A DNA stretch of 64,000 nucleotides from positions 558,001-622,000 of the forward strand of contig JAWMAR010000201.1 of assembly GCA_036785375.1 (NCBI GenBank), given 5' to 3'. The notes under the pieces are model-generated. The model saw only the letters and a list, made by a program, of their open reading frames with translations. It did not search any database and was not told where the DNA came from. Made by a program: the position numbers and the translations under genes. The stretch comes from Leucoraja ocellata (taxonomy: Eukaryota). Within the stretch, counting starts at the first letter, position 1. The number at the start of each line of letters is the position of its first letter. Positions 48,806 through 62,885 of the stretch are shown piece by piece.

Positions 48806-51800
48806 GTCAGAGTGAGGATCAGGTTTAGGGAGGGTGGTGGTTCCCCGGGTGTCCGAGGATCATGTGATGGAACAGTGCATAGGAAACTATGCTCTATGTG
48901 TAACCCGTATCCCAGGATGGGATCTTTGCCTCCTGTGTCCATGCTGATTATCAAGTAGCCATTACTACTCATTCCACTTTTCTGACCCTGCACTGTACAT
49001 AACCATACATCCCTCGGCCATTCACGTGCATTTAGAATGTCCTCCTCCACCACCCTCTCACTCAGTGTGTTCCAGGTTGCAACCATCCTGGTGAAACAAA
49101 AAATTCTCCTTCCCCTTACCCTGAACCTATGCTTTCTGGCTACAGACTCTTCAGCTGTGGACTTTACATGCCCTCTCTATTCCCCTCTTAATTCCTATGT
49201 TTTATATTTCCTCCCCCTCAGCCCCAAACCCTCTCTTTCTTCATCAGTGCTATGCCAGGCAACATCCAGGGGAGTCTCTGCTGTATTCACTTCATGGTGC
49301 AATCCCGTCCTTCCTGTAAATGTGGAGACCAGAAGTGTACATGATATTCCAAATGTGACCTGAATAATGTTGTATAAGTTGCACCATAACCTCCCTGCTC
49401 ATTTACTCTTAAGCAACCAAGTCTCCTTTCTTAACCCTGTACTGCCACCTCCAGGCAGCTTTGGAAATATACCAAGGTCCTCTGTTCCTCATTACTCCCC
49501 CTGTATGTCCTACCCTTGTTAGTCCGCCCAAAGTGCATCACACACTTGTGGGATTAAACTTGCTTTGGATCCTGTGGGCTGTTACCTTGCTGACCAGCAG
49601 TATCCCACATGGAACCTTGTCAAAGGCCTTGCTGAAGTCTGTCTACACGACATCAATCACACTGTAGCGATGGAATGGTTGACGTTTCTGATTGAGGCCC
49701 TACTTCAGACCCGTAACGCCATCCATTCCTTCTCTCCAGAGATGCTGCCTGTCCCGCTGAGTTACTCCAGCATTTTGTGTGTATCCTCGGTTTAAACCAG
49801 CATCTGCAGTTCCTGCCTATACATCAATCACACTGTCCATATCAACACCTTTTCTTATTTCTTCAAAAAACTCAATCAAACCTAACCCTGTCCATAGGAA
49901 TTGTTTTAGCGACTACCCTTCCATTGATATTATAGACTCACTGACCGATAATTTCCAGACTTATTCCTGCTGTCCCTTTGAATGAAGGTTTAATATTCAT
50001 TGTCCTGTAGTCGTTTGTCTCATGCCTCACCTGTGGCCGGTAAAAGATTTGAAATTATTTGTCGAGATCCAGCAATTTCCTCCCTTGCCTTCCACAAATA
50101 GGATATACCTCATCAGGTCCTGGGGATTTATCCACCTCTCAGCCTGCTAAGCCATCATGTCCACCTTTCTAATGATGAAATGATGATGAACTTCTACAGG
50201 TGTACAGTAGATAGACTATATTGACGTTGCATCTCAGCCTTGTTCGGCAACTTGAATGCCCAGGAGCGAAGGATACTGTAAAACGTTGTGCACGCTGCCC
50301 AGTCCATGACGGGTTCTGACCTCCCCATCATCAAAGGGATTCACATAAGAACTGCCTCGAAAATGTAGCCAGCATCATCAGAGACTGACACCACCCTGGT
50401 CACACATTCATTTCACCCCTGCCATTGGGAAGAGGGTACAGGAGCCTGAAAACAGTAACGTCCAGGTTCAGGAACAGCTTCTTCCCTACAGCCACAACTT
50501 AGACTTAGACGTAGTTCCTCCCACTCCGTTGAGTGCATTGGGCAGCAAGCTTTCACCATTCTGTTCGGTTAAGTGCGACCTCTTCCACCCTCGATAGGTT
50601 TGCGGAGCTGGCTCGAAAGGCTGAATGGCCTACTACTGCATTCCTGTTGTTTATTGCAACAACCTGGAGCTCAATGTTCTTAAGACAGTGGAATTGATTG
50701 TAGACTTTAGGAGCGCTCCCCTCCCCTCCCCCCACTCACCATCAACAACACCACAGTCACATCTGTGAAGTCATTTAAGTTCCTTGAAATAATCATCTCC
50801 AGGAACCTTAAATGAGAGGCCACCATCAAAAAGGTCCAACAGAGGATGTACTTCCTGCGGCTTCTGAGAAAACACAATCTGCAACAGGCAATGATGGTCC
50901 GGTTTTATACGGCCATCATAGAGTCTGTCCTCACCTGCTCCATCATGGTCTGGTTTGGCTCGGCCACCAAGCACAACATCCAGAGGCTGCAACGCATTGT
51001 TCGATCAGCCAAGAAGGTTGATCATCCCTGACCCCTCTCACCCTGGCCACAAACTCTTTGAAGCACTTCCCTCTGGAAGGCGACTCCGGACTGTCAAAGC
51101 CGCCACAGCCAGACATAAAAACAGCTTTTTTTTCCACGAGCAGTCGCTCTACTCAACAGCCAAAAAGTCTGTAGCCTCCTTGTCCTCTGGTATTTTATTT
51201 CATTCTTCACATGTTTAAATTATAATGTTTTATTTTTAATTGTCTACTGTACATCGTGTTGTTATTTGCGAGCAAAGTACCAAGGCAAATTCCTTGTATG
51301 TATACATAATTGGCTAATAAAATGTATTCAATTCAATGCAATTCAATTCAATTATATTCTGAGATGACACAGGGTATTGGGCCATTCTTTGGCAAGTGGA
51401 CCAAAAGGTCACACACGTGACCAGATGGCATCATAAAGTAATACATTAAATAATTCTTGGAAGATGTGAATCTCATTCATTACTATTTCCCTACCTACAG
51501 AACAATAATGCATGTCTGTTAAAGATATGAACATTCTAGCTTTTTTAAATTCAGTTTGTAAGATAAAACTGAGTTATGAAAAAAATGCTCCTGCGTGAGA
51601 TCACATATGTGACCAGTCATACTTGACCTCTGACCCTAACCAAACATTGTCAGCATAACAAAAATTTCCCTTGATAAACTTCGAAAAAAATATGAATCCT
51701 ATATACGGTACAAAACAATATACCTGTAATGGTTTCAGAATTAGAAGAGATGTATTCCAAAATAAGTTTTCATATATTTGGTCACACACGTGACTAAGAA

Positions 51801-52590
51801 TGAGTTGTGAACCGCCTGTAAGCATAAATGGGAAATAAATCCACTATTTATGGCCATATGGCATTTTGAGATGCTTTGGAGATAGGTGGTTGATTTAGGG
51901 CCCAACTAGGTTTGACCTTTGGGGAAAGACTTGTATGGAGGGAGTAGCAGGAGAAACATGCTGAGGAAGCTGCATTTTGAACAATCCTGAGGTAGGTGAT
52001 GTTGTCAATTGCTCGTTTCTAAGCTTCCCCCCAGTCTAGTTTCAGTAAAAAGAACATCGGAGGTTGAGGGGAAACTTTATAGAGGCGTATAAAATTATGG
52101 CCAGCTTAGAATGGGTAGGCAGTCAGAACATTTTTGAACCATAGAAAATAGGTGCAGGAGGAGGCCATTCGGCCCTTCGAGCCAGCACTGCCATTCATTG
52201 TGATCATGGCCGATCGTCCCCTATCAAGGATTTTCCCCAGGATGGAAATGTTCAGCACTAGAGGGCATAGCTATAGGGTAATAGGAGGAAAGTTTGTTGA
52301 AGATGTGCAGGACACAGGGTGGTGGAGGCTGATACAATAGTGGTGCTTAAGAGGTTTTTAGTACATGGAGATGCAAGGACTAAAGTGATATGGATCGTGT
52401 ACCAGTAAATGAGGTCAGTTTCACTTGGTATCATGTTAAGCACAACAATTGTGGGCTGAAGGGCCTGTTCCTGAGCTGTACTGTTCTATGTTCACATCTG
52501 TTGAATCATTGTCACTGTTTGTTTTCTGGCAACTTCTTCTCACATTCTATTTCCCCTTTTCTCATTACTTGCTCAATTCTTCTTTCGCAG

Positions 52591-52917
52591 AATTAAAGGA
52601 TGTTTACAATGTGTGGCAGGATATCAGCCTGTCTTGTCTGTCATGAAGACATCTCCACTAACCATCAGAAGTTCCCTATCTAGTGTACACATATCCATCT
52701 CAGATAGGGACTGGGAGACAGCAGTCAGTGTACAGGTATCCCCCTGAGAGAGAGTGTCTGAGGGCCACCAGTCAATATACTGAGGGCCTCTGAGAGTGGG
52801 GCCCGGGTCTCTATGTCCTGTCCAACAGGACAGATCCCATTACAGTCGGGCATTTCTCTTTTTCACACTGCTGACTGCTGCAGTCCTGGCTACACACTCC
52901 TCTCTTGTCTGCAGGAG
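52591..52917 (+). pseudogene. Degenerate Ig V-type exon, copy 2
   Basis: As copy 1, with the same stops. Confidence 0.5.
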
Positions 52918-54347
52918 GTTAGAAATTCCTGCTCACCCTGACATGCCTCCCCACTGAGGCGCCTGAGTTAAAGAACGGAGACGAGGAAGGAGGAAGATGC
53001 CAACAGAGTGAGGGGTGCTAGGCAATGCCACTGGGGACCAGGGCTGGGGAATCAGCAGTTGCGTGGCTCCATTCCCAACCACTCTGTTGCAATGGTTGTT
53101 CAGCACTGGGAACCTAAGCAGGCAAGCAGCTATGATCAGGGTAGAATAGGGGGGCCAGGTGTAAGGCTTGACTCAGGGTCAGGAATGAGAGAAGGTATGC
53201 AACTGGAGTCAGGGTCAGGAGTAGTACCAGGTGTGCAGTGAGACCCAGGTTGGTCAACATGGGCCAAGTGTTTGAATATAATCTGATTTCCATACATGAA
53301 TACACTAAGATCATTCATGTGTTGCACCTGTTGATCAGAGTCTGGGCTCTATTGTGGAATGTCATTAGGAATGTAATTTAGTCTAACCTTATTCATAGCT
53401 AATCCAATTTAAAGCATATATATTGCATTCAAGTGTAAGTTGAAAGACTCGCTACAGTATGCACCAAATTACACAATTTCAAGCTGAAAAATTCAAAAGC
53501 TCCGTACCAATGGGAGGGGACACACCTCTGGCCAATTTATATGCCTCTGCCTTGGATTTAACATTATCCCTAATTTCCCTCGTTAGCCACGGTTAAGCCG
53601 CCTTCCCTGTTTTATTTTTATGCCAGATATGGATGAACAATTGTTGTAATTCATCCATGTGATCTTTAAATCCACCATTAATCCTTTAAGTATCATTTGC
53701 CAGTCTATCCTAGTCAATTCCTGTCTCACCATCAAAGTTACCTTTCTTTAAGTTCAAGGTAGACAAAAATGCTGGAGAAACTCAGCGGGTGAGGCAGCAT
53801 CTATGGAGCGAAGGAAATAGGCAACGTTTCGGGTCAAGATCCTTCTTTCAGTTCAGGATCCTTGTCTCTGAATTAACCGTGTCACTCTCCATCCTAATGC
53901 AGAATTCTACCATATTATGGTCACTGTTGCCCAAGATTGCTAACTAATCCTTCCTTATTACATAATACCCAGTCTAGGATGGTTCAGGGCCAATCTGGGC
54001 TTGGTCACACTCAGGTATATACGGGACACTGGGACCACTCACAGGAGTGACAAAAGATATGGAACTGGAGAGATTCCCTGGATTCACAGAGCTATAAACA
54101 GGGCACGGTGTAGAGTTTGTGGATGACTGCGGGCAGCGGTCGGGAAGGGAGCACGTCACACCTGTGGACTTCCTCCAGCAACAACTGGCTGAACTGAAGG
54201 GGGTGAGGGAAGAGTTAAACTGGTGGGTGGAAATGAACTGGGATTGGTTTAAATTCACTCGTGGATGTTGGAGATGGGGGTGTTGGGTATCGTGGGGTCC
54301 ACAAGGATCTCCTTTACGCATCTTCCTTCTCTCCGCCCCAACCTCAG

Positions 54348-54635
54348 AGCCCGTGGCAGTTACACAGATTAAGGTTCAGAACATCACTGAGATCTGTAAC
54401 TTTGCCTTGACCTCCTCCGTGACCTCCGGCGACCCCACCAGCTTCAGGTACTGGAGGGGACGAGAACCTCTGGGAAACGACAGCACCCATCACCCCCGGG
54501 GACACGGAGAGACAGTAGAGGTTAATCACACAGCAGAGGTCGGGGGCGTTGTGTACAGGTGTGAGGTCAGGAATCTGGTCAGTGAGGGCATGGCAGAGAT
54601 CTGGCTGAGGGGCGTCTGTAAACAGACCACATTTG
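54348..54635 (+). pseudogene. SLAM/CD2-like Ig C2 exon, copy 2
   Basis: As copy 1. Open frame and intact splice sites. Confidence 0.75.
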
Positions 54636-57600
54636 GTCAGAGTGAGGATCAGGTTTAGGGAGGGTGGTGGTTCCCCGGGTGTCCGAGGATCATGTGATGG
54701 AACAGTGCATAGGAAACTATGCTCTATGTGTAACCCGTATCCCAGGATGGGATCTTTGCCTCCTGTGTCCATGCTGATTATCAAGTAGCCATTACTACTC
54801 ATTCCACTTTTCTGACCCTGCACTGTACATAACCATACATCCCTCGGCCATTCACGTGCATTTAGAATGTCCTCCTCCACCACCCTCTCACTCAGTGTGT
54901 TCCAGGTTGCAACCATCCTGGTGAAACAAAAAATTCTCCTTCCCCTTACCCTGAACCTATGCTTTCTGGCTACAGACTCTTCAGCTGTGGACTTTACATG
55001 CCCTCTCTATTCCCCTCATAATTCCTATGTTTTATATCTCCTCCCCCTCAGCCCCAAACCCTCTCTTTCTTCATCAGTTTTATGCCAGGCAACATCCAGG
55101 GGAGTCTCTGCTGTATTCACTTCATGGTGCAATCCCGTCCTTCCTGTGAATGTGGAGACCAGAAGTGTACATGATATTCCAAATGTGGCCTGAATAATGT
55201 TGTATAAGTTGCACCATAACCTCCCTGCTCATTTACTCTTAAGCAACCAAGTCTCCTTTCTTAACCCTGTGCTGCCACCTCCAGGCAGCTTTGGAAATAT
55301 ACCAAGGTCCTCTGTTCCTCATTACTCCCCCTGTATGTCCTACCCTTGTTAGTCCGCCCAAAGTGCATCACACACTTGTGGGATTAAACTTGCTTTGGAT
55401 CCTGTGGGCTGTTACCTTGCTGACCAGCAGTATCCCACATGGAACCTTGTCAAAGGCCTTGCTGAAGTCTGTCTACATGCCATCAATCACACTGGAGCGA
55501 TGGAATGGTTGACGTTTCTGATCGAGGCCCTACTTCAGACCCGTAACGCCATCCATTCCTTCTCTCCAGAGATGCTGCCTGTCCCGCTGAGTTACTCCAG
55601 CATTTTGTGTGTATCCTCGGTTTAAACCAGCATCTGCAGTTCCTGCCTATACATCAATCACACTGTCCATATCAACACCTTTTCTTATTTCTTCAAAAAA
55701 CTCAATCAAACCTAACCCTGTCCATAGGAATTGTTTTAGCAACTACCCTTCCATTGATATTATAGACTCACTGACCGATAATTTCCAGACTTATTCCTAC
55801 TGTCCCTTTGAATGAAGGTTTAATATTCATTGTCCTGTAGTCGTTTGTCTCATGCCTCACCTGTGGCCGGTAAAAGATTTGAAATTATTTGTCGAGATCC
55901 AGCAATTTCCTCCCTTGCCTTCCACAAATAGGATATACCTCATCGTGCCCTGGGGATTTATCCACCTATCAGCCTGCTAAGCCATCACATCCACCTTTCT
56001 AATGATGAAACTATGATGAACTTCTACAGGTGTACACTAGATAGACTATATTGACGTTGCATCTCAGCCTCGTTCGGCAACTTGAATGCCCAGGAGCGAA
56101 GGATAATGTAAAAAGTTGTGCACGCTGCCCAGTCCATGACGGGTTCTGACCTCCCCATCATCAAAGGGATTCACATAAGAACTGCCTCGAAAATGTAGCC
56201 AGCATCATCAGAGACTGACACCACCCTGGTTACACATTCATTTCACCCCTGCCATTGGGAAGAGGGTACAGGAGCCTGAAAACAGTAACGTCCAGGTTCA
56301 GGAACAGCTTCTTCCCTACAGCCACAACTTAGACTTAGACGTAGTTCCTCCCACTCCGTTGAGTGCATTGGGCAGCAAGCTTTCACCATTCTGTTCGGTT
56401 AAGTGCGACCTCTTCCACCCTCGATAGGTTTGCAGAGCTGGCTCGAAAGGCTGAATGGCCTACTACTGCATTCCTGTTGTTTATTGCAACAACCTGGAGC
56501 TCAATGTTCTTAAGACAGTGGAATTGATTGTAGACTTTAGGAGCGCTCTCCCTCCATTCCCCCCACTCACCATCAACAACACCACAGTCACATCTGTGAA
56601 GTCATTTAAGTTCCTTGAAATAATCATCTCCAGGAACCTTAAATGAGAGGCCACCATCAAAAAGGTCCAACAGAGGATGTACTTCCTGCGGCTTCTGAGA
56701 AAACACAATCTGCAACAGGCAATGATGGTCCGGTTTTATACGGCCATCATAGAGTCTGTCCTCACCTGCTCCATCATGGTCTGGTTTGGCTCGGCCACCA
56801 AGCACGACATCCAGAGGCTGCAAAGCATTGTTCGATCAGCCAAGAAGGTTGATCATCCCTGACCCCTCTCACCCTGGCCACAAACTCTTTGAAGCACTTC
56901 CCTCTGGAAGGCGACTCCGGACTGTCAAAGTCGCCACAGCCAGACATAAAAACAGCTTTTCTTTCCACGAGCAGTCGCTCTACTCAACAGCCAAAAAGTC
57001 TCCTTGTCCCCTGGTATTTTATTTCATTCTTCACATGTTTAAATTATAATGTTTTATTTTTAATTGTCTACTGTACATCGTGTCGTTATTTGCGAGCAAA
57101 GTACCAAGGCAAATTCCTTGTATGTATACATAATTGGCGAATAAAATGTATTCAATTCAATGCAATTCAATTCAATTCAATTATACTCTGAGATGACACA
57201 GGGTATTGGGCCATTCTTTGGCAAGTGGACCGAAAGGTCACACACGTGACCAGATGGCATCATAAAGTAATACATTAAATAATTCTTGGAAGAGATGAAT
57301 CTCATTCATTACTATTTCCCTACCTACAGAACAATAATGCATGTCTATTAAAGATAAGAACATTCTAGCTTTTTAAAATTCAGTTTGTAAGATAAAACTG
57401 AGTTATGAAAAAAATGCTCCTGCGTGAGGTCACATATGTGACCAGTCATATTTGACCTCAGACCCTAACCAAACATTGTCAGCATAACAAAAATTTCCCT
57501 TGATAAACTTCGAAAAAAATATGAATCCTATGTACGGTACAAAACAATATACCTGTAATGGTTTCAGAATTAGAAGAGATGTATTCCAAAATAAGTTTTC

Positions 57601-58419
57601 ATATATTTGGTCACACACGTGACTAAGAATGAGTTGTGAACCGCCTGCAAGCATAAATGGGAAATAAATCCACTATTTATGGCCATATGGCATTTTGAGA
57701 TGCTTTGGAGATAGGTGGTTGATTTAGGGCCCAACTAGATTTGACCTTTGGGGAAAGACTTGTATGGAGGGAGTAGCAGGAGAAACATGCTGAGGAAGCT
57801 GCATTTTGAACAATCCTGAGGTAGGTGATGTTGTCAATTGCTTGTTTCTAAGCTTCCCCCCAGTCTAGTTTCAGTAAAAAGAACATCGGAGGTTGAGGGG
57901 AAACTTTATAGAGGCGTATAAAATTATGGCCAGCTTAGAAATGGTAGGCAGTCAGAACCTTTTTGAACCATAGAAAATAGGTGCAGGAGGAGGCCATTCG
58001 GCCCTTCGAGCCAGCACTGCCATTCATTGTGATCATGGCCGATCGTCCCCTATCAAGGATTTTCCCCAGGATGGAAATGTTCAGCACTAGAGGGCATAGC
58101 TATAGGGTAATAGGAGGAAAGTTTGTTGAAGATGTGCAGGACACAGGGTGGTGGAGGCTGATACAATAGTGGTGCTTAGGAGGTTTTTAGTACATGGAGA
58201 TGCAAGGACTAAAGTGATATGGATCGTGTACCAGTAGATGAGATCAGTTTCACTTGGTATCATGTTAAGCACAACAATTGTGGGCTGAAGGGTCTGTTCC
58301 TGAGCTGTACTGTTCTATGTTCACATCTGTTGAATCATTGTCACTGTTTGTTTTCTGGCAACTTCTTCTCACATTCTATTTCCCCTTTTCTCATTACTTG
58401 CTCAATTCTTCTTTCACAG

Positions 58420-58746
58420 AATTAAAGGATGTTTACAATGTGTGGCAGGATATCAGCCTGTCTTGTCTGTCATGAAGACATCTCCACTAACCATCAGAAG
58501 TTCCCTATCTAGTGTACACATATCCATCTCAGATAGGGACTGGGAGACAGCAGTCAGTGTACAGGTATCCCCCTGAGAGAGAGTGTCTGAGGGCCACCAG
58601 TCAATATACTGAGGGCCTCTTACAGTGGGGCCCGGGTCTCTATGTCCTGTCCAACAGGACAGATCCCATTACTATCGGGCATTTCTCTTTTTCACACTGC
58701 TGACTGCTGCAGTCCTGGCTACACACTCCTCTCTTGTCTGCAGGAG
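58420..58746 (+). pseudogene. Degenerate Ig V-type exon, copy 3
   Basis: As copy 1, but one TGA reads TTA, leaving three stops. Confidence 0.5.
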
Positions 58747-60176
58747 GTTAGAAATTCCTGCTCACCCTGACATCCCTCCCCACTGAGGCGCCTGAGTTAA
58801 AGAACGGAGACGAGGAAGGAGGAAGATGCCAACAGAGTGAGGGGTGCTAGGCAGTGCCACTGGGGACCAGGGCTGGGGAATCAGCAGTTGCGTGGCTCCA
58901 TTCCCAACCACTCTGTTGCAATGGTTGTTCAGCACTGGGAACCTAAGCAGGCAAGCAGCTATGATCAGGGTAGAATAGGGGGTCAGGTGTAAGGCTTGAC
59001 TCAGGGTCAGGAATGAGAGAAGGTATGCAACTGGAGTCAGGGTCAGGAGTAGTACCAGGTGTGCAGTGAGACCCAGGTTGGTCAACATGGGCCAAGTGTT
59101 TGAATATAATCTGATTTCCATACATGAATATACTAAGATCATTCATGTGTTGCACCTGTTGATCAGAGCCTGGGCTCTATTGTGGAATGTCATTAGGAAT
59201 GTAATTTAGTCTAACCTTATTCATAGCTAATCCAATTTAAAGCATATATATTGCATTCAAGAGTAAGTTAAAAGACTCGCTACAGTATGCACCAAATTGC
59301 ACAATTTCAAGCTGAAAAATTCAAAAGCTCCGTACTAATGGGAGGGGACACACCTCTGGCCAATTTATATGCCTCTACCTTGGATTTAACATTATCCCTA
59401 ATTTCCCTCGTTAGCCACGGCTAAGCCGCCTTCCCTGTTTTATTTTTACGCCAGATATGGATGAACAATTGTTGTAATTCATCCATGTGATCTTTAAATC
59501 CACCATTAATCCTTTAAGTATCATTTGCCAGTCTATCCTAGTCAATTCCTGTCTCACCATCAAAGTTACCTTTCTTTAAGTTCAAGGTAGACAAAAATGC
59601 TGGAGAAACTCAGCGGGTGAGGCAGCATCTATGGAGCGAAGGAAATAGGCAACGTTTCGGGTTGAGATCCTTCTTTCAATTCAGGATCCTTGTCTCTGAA
59701 TCAACCATGTCACTCTCCGTCCTAATGCAGAATTCTACCATATTATGGTCACTGTTGCCCAAGATTGCTAACTAATCCTTCCTTATTACATAATACCCAG
59801 TCTAGGATGGTTCAGGGCCAGTCTGGGCTTGGTCACACTCAGGTGTATACGGGACACCGGGACCACTCGCAGGAGTGACTAAAGATATGGAACTGGAGAG
59901 ATTCCCTGGATTCACAGAGCTATAAACAGGGCACGGTGTAGAGTTTGTGGATGAGTGCGGGCAGCGGTCGGGAAGGGAGCACGTCACACCTGTGGACTTC
60001 CTACAGCAACAACTGGCTGAACTGAAGGGGGTGAGGGAAGAGTTAAACTGGTGGGTGGAAATGAACTGGGATTGGTTTAAAGTTCACTCGTGGATGTTGG
60101 AGATGGGGGTGTTGGGTATCGTGGGGTCCACAAGGATCTCCTTTACGCATCTTCCTTCTCTCCGCCCCAACCTCAG

Positions 60177-60464
60177 AGCCCGTGGCAGTTACACAGATTA
60201 AGGCTCAGAACATCACTGAGATCTGTAACTTTGCCTTGACCTCCTCCGTGACCTCCGGCGACCCCACCAGCTTCAGGTACTGGAGGGGACGAGAACCTCT
60301 GGGAAATGACAGCACCCATCACCCCCGGGGACACGGAGAGACAGTAGAGGTTGATCACACAGCAGAGGTCGGTGGCGTTGTGTACAGGTGTGAGGTCAGG
60401 AATCTGGTCAGTGAGGGCATGGCAGAGATCTGGCTGAGGGGCGTCTGTAAACGGACCACATTTG
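60177..60464 (+). pseudogene. SLAM/CD2-like Ig C2 exon, copy 3
   Basis: As copy 1. Open frame and intact splice sites. Confidence 0.75.
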
Positions 60465-62524
60465 GTCAGAGTGAGGATCAGGTTTAGGGAGGGTGGTGGA
60501 TCCCCGGGTGTCCGAGGATCATGTGATGGAACAGTGCATAGGAAACTATGCTCTATGTGTAACCCGTATCCCAGGATGGGATCTTTGCCTCCTGTGTCCA
60601 TGCTGATTATCAAGTAGCCATTACTACTCATTCCACTTTTCTGACCCTGCACTGTACATAACCATACATCCCTGGGCCATTCACATGCATTTAGAATGTC
60701 CTCCTCCACCACCCTCTCACTCAGTGTGTTCCAGGTTGCAACCATCCTGGTGAAACAAAAAATTCTCCTTCCCTTTACCCTGAACCTATGCTTTCTGGCT
60801 ACAGACTCTTCAGCTGTGGACTTTACATGCCCTCTCTATTCCCCTCATAATTCCTATATTTTTTATCTCCTCCCCCTCAGCCCCAAACCCTCTCTTTCTT
60901 CATCAGTTCTATGCCAGGCAACATCCAGGGGAGTCTCTGCTGTATTCACTTCATGGTGCAATCCCGTCCTTCCTGTAAATGTGGAGACCAGAAGTGTACA
61001 TGATATTCCAAATGTGACCTGAATAATGTGGTATAAGTTGTACCATAACCTCCCTGCTCATTTACTCTTAAGCACCCAAGTCTCCTTTCTTAACCCTGTG
61101 CTGCCACCTCCAGGCAGCTTTGGAAATATACCAAGGTCCTCTGTTCCTCATTACTCCCCCTGTATGTCCTATCCTTGTTAGTCCGCCCAAAGTGCATCAC
61201 ACACTTGTGGGATTAAACTTGCTTTGGATCCTGTGGGCTGTTACCTTGCTGACCAGCAGTATCCCACATGGAACCTTGTCAAAGGCCTTGCTGAAGTCTG
61301 TCTACACGACATCAATCACACTGGAGCGATGGAATAGTTGACGTTTCTGATCGAGGCCCTACTTCAGACCCGTAACGCCATCCATTCCTTCTCTCCAGAG
61401 ATGCTGCCTGTCCCGCTGAGTTACTCCAGCATTTTGTGTGTATCCTCGGTTTAAATCAGCATCTGCAGTTCCTGCCTATACATCAATCACACTGTCCATA
61501 TCAACACCTTTTCTTATTTCTTCAAAAAACTCAATCAAACCTAACCCTGTCCATAGGAATTGTTTTAGCGACTGCCCTTCCATTGATATTATAGACTCAC
61601 TGACCGATAATTTCCAGACTTATTCCTGCTGTCCCTTTGAATGAAGGTTTAATATTCATTGTCCTGTAGTCGTTTGTCTCATGCCTCACCTGTGGCTGGT
61701 AAAAGATTTGAAATTATTTGTCGAGATCCAGCAATTTCCTCCCTTGCCTTCCACAAATAGGATATACCTCATCAGGCCCTGGGGATTTATCCACCTCTCA
61801 GCCTGCTAAGCCATCACATCCACCTTTCTAATGATGAAATTGTGATGAACTTCTACAGGTGTACAGTAGATAGACTATATTGACGTTGCATCTCAGCCTT
61901 GTTCGGCAACTTGAATGCCCAGGAGCGAAGGATAATGTAAAAAGTTGTGCACGCTGCCCAGTCCATGACGGGTTCTGACCTGCCCATCATCAAAGGGATT
62001 CACATAAGAACTGCCTCGAAAATGTAGCCAGCATCATCAGAGACTGACACCACCCTGGTCACACATTCATTTCACCCCTGCCATTGGGAAGAGGGTACAG
62101 GAGCCTGAAAACAGTAACGTCCAGGTTCAGGAACAGCTTCTTCCCTACAGCCACAACTTAGACCTAGACGTAGTTCCTCCCACTCCGTTGAGTGCATTGG
62201 GCAGCAAGCTTTCACCATTCTGTTCGGTTAAGTGTGACCTCTTCCACCCTCGATAGGTTTGCATCCCGGGCTTCCAAATCCTTCTGGAATGTTCACCTCC
62301 ATGTGCGTTTTGGTCGATCGCTTTTCATTCTTTGTCACCTTGCCATGTCATTGCTACCTTAGGCGCACGTTCTGGTGACATTCTGAATACATGTCCTGTA
62401 ATAACAGCCATTAGGCTATTAAACACTACAACCTCCAAATAAGCTCTGAACTACATAGACTATTATTGTTATTATGACACTATTATTATTTGTTGGTTTA
62501 TATGTACGTTTGTGTGTGCGTGTG

Positions 62525-62560
62525 CATATATAGATATATATATATATATATATATATATA
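62525..62560. repeat. (TA)n microsatellite
   Basis: Direct reading. Confidence 0.9.
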
Positions 62561-62753
62561 GATTATCTGTGTATAAGTGAGTATGTGTATATGCACACAC
62601 ATTCTGCCGGGCTGCTGCAAGTAAGAATTTCATGGTTCTATCTGGGACATATGACAATAAAACACTCTTGACTCTTGAATAACCCCAATCCCTTTCCTGA
62701 ATTCTCCACCTGTAACGTCTTTGTCCTTAATGAAAGCAGATGGGAAGGATTTT

Positions 62754-62885
62754 GGGCAACACAGTGGCGTAGCGGTAGAGTTACGACCTTATAGCACCAG
62801 AGACCCAGATCCAGAATGATCCCAGAACATGGTTGCCACGGACTAAGTGAGCTGAAGAGCCTGTTTCTGCACTGTATCTCTAATG
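62754..62885 (+). mobile_element. tRNA-derived SINE (HE1-like), internally deleted
   Basis: Head gggcaacacagtggcgtagcggtagagtt...agagaccc with an A-box, joined to a CR1-type tail gctgaagagcctgtttctgcactgtatctctaa. Confidence 0.6.

Larger units (their letters stand above)
43012..50601. repeat. Tandem segmental duplication, copy 1 (7.59 kb, longest)
   Basis: Starts gcggagctggctcgaaagg. Collinear with copies 2 and 3 but carries two extra segments, 43120-43312 and 44667-46220. Confidence 0.95.
50602..56431. repeat. Tandem segmental duplication, copy 2 (5.83 kb)
   Basis: Junction tcgataggttt-gc-ggagctggctcg. The ORF set repeats at an offset of about 5830. Confidence 0.95.
56432..62262. repeat. 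Tandem segmental duplication, copy 3 (5.83 kb)
   Basis: Same junction at 56432. Ends cgataggtttgc and is followed by unique sequence. Confidence 0.95.

Noticed and set aside
48514-49086. 190-aa minus-strand ORF open in all three copies
   Set aside because: It is antisense to the C2 exon plus a CR1 3' remnant (MVATWNTLSERVVE). Its conservation reflects only the recent duplication.
62754-62830. tRNA gene
   Set aside because: Only an A-box head fused to a LINE-type tail, with no cloverleaf. It is a SINE.
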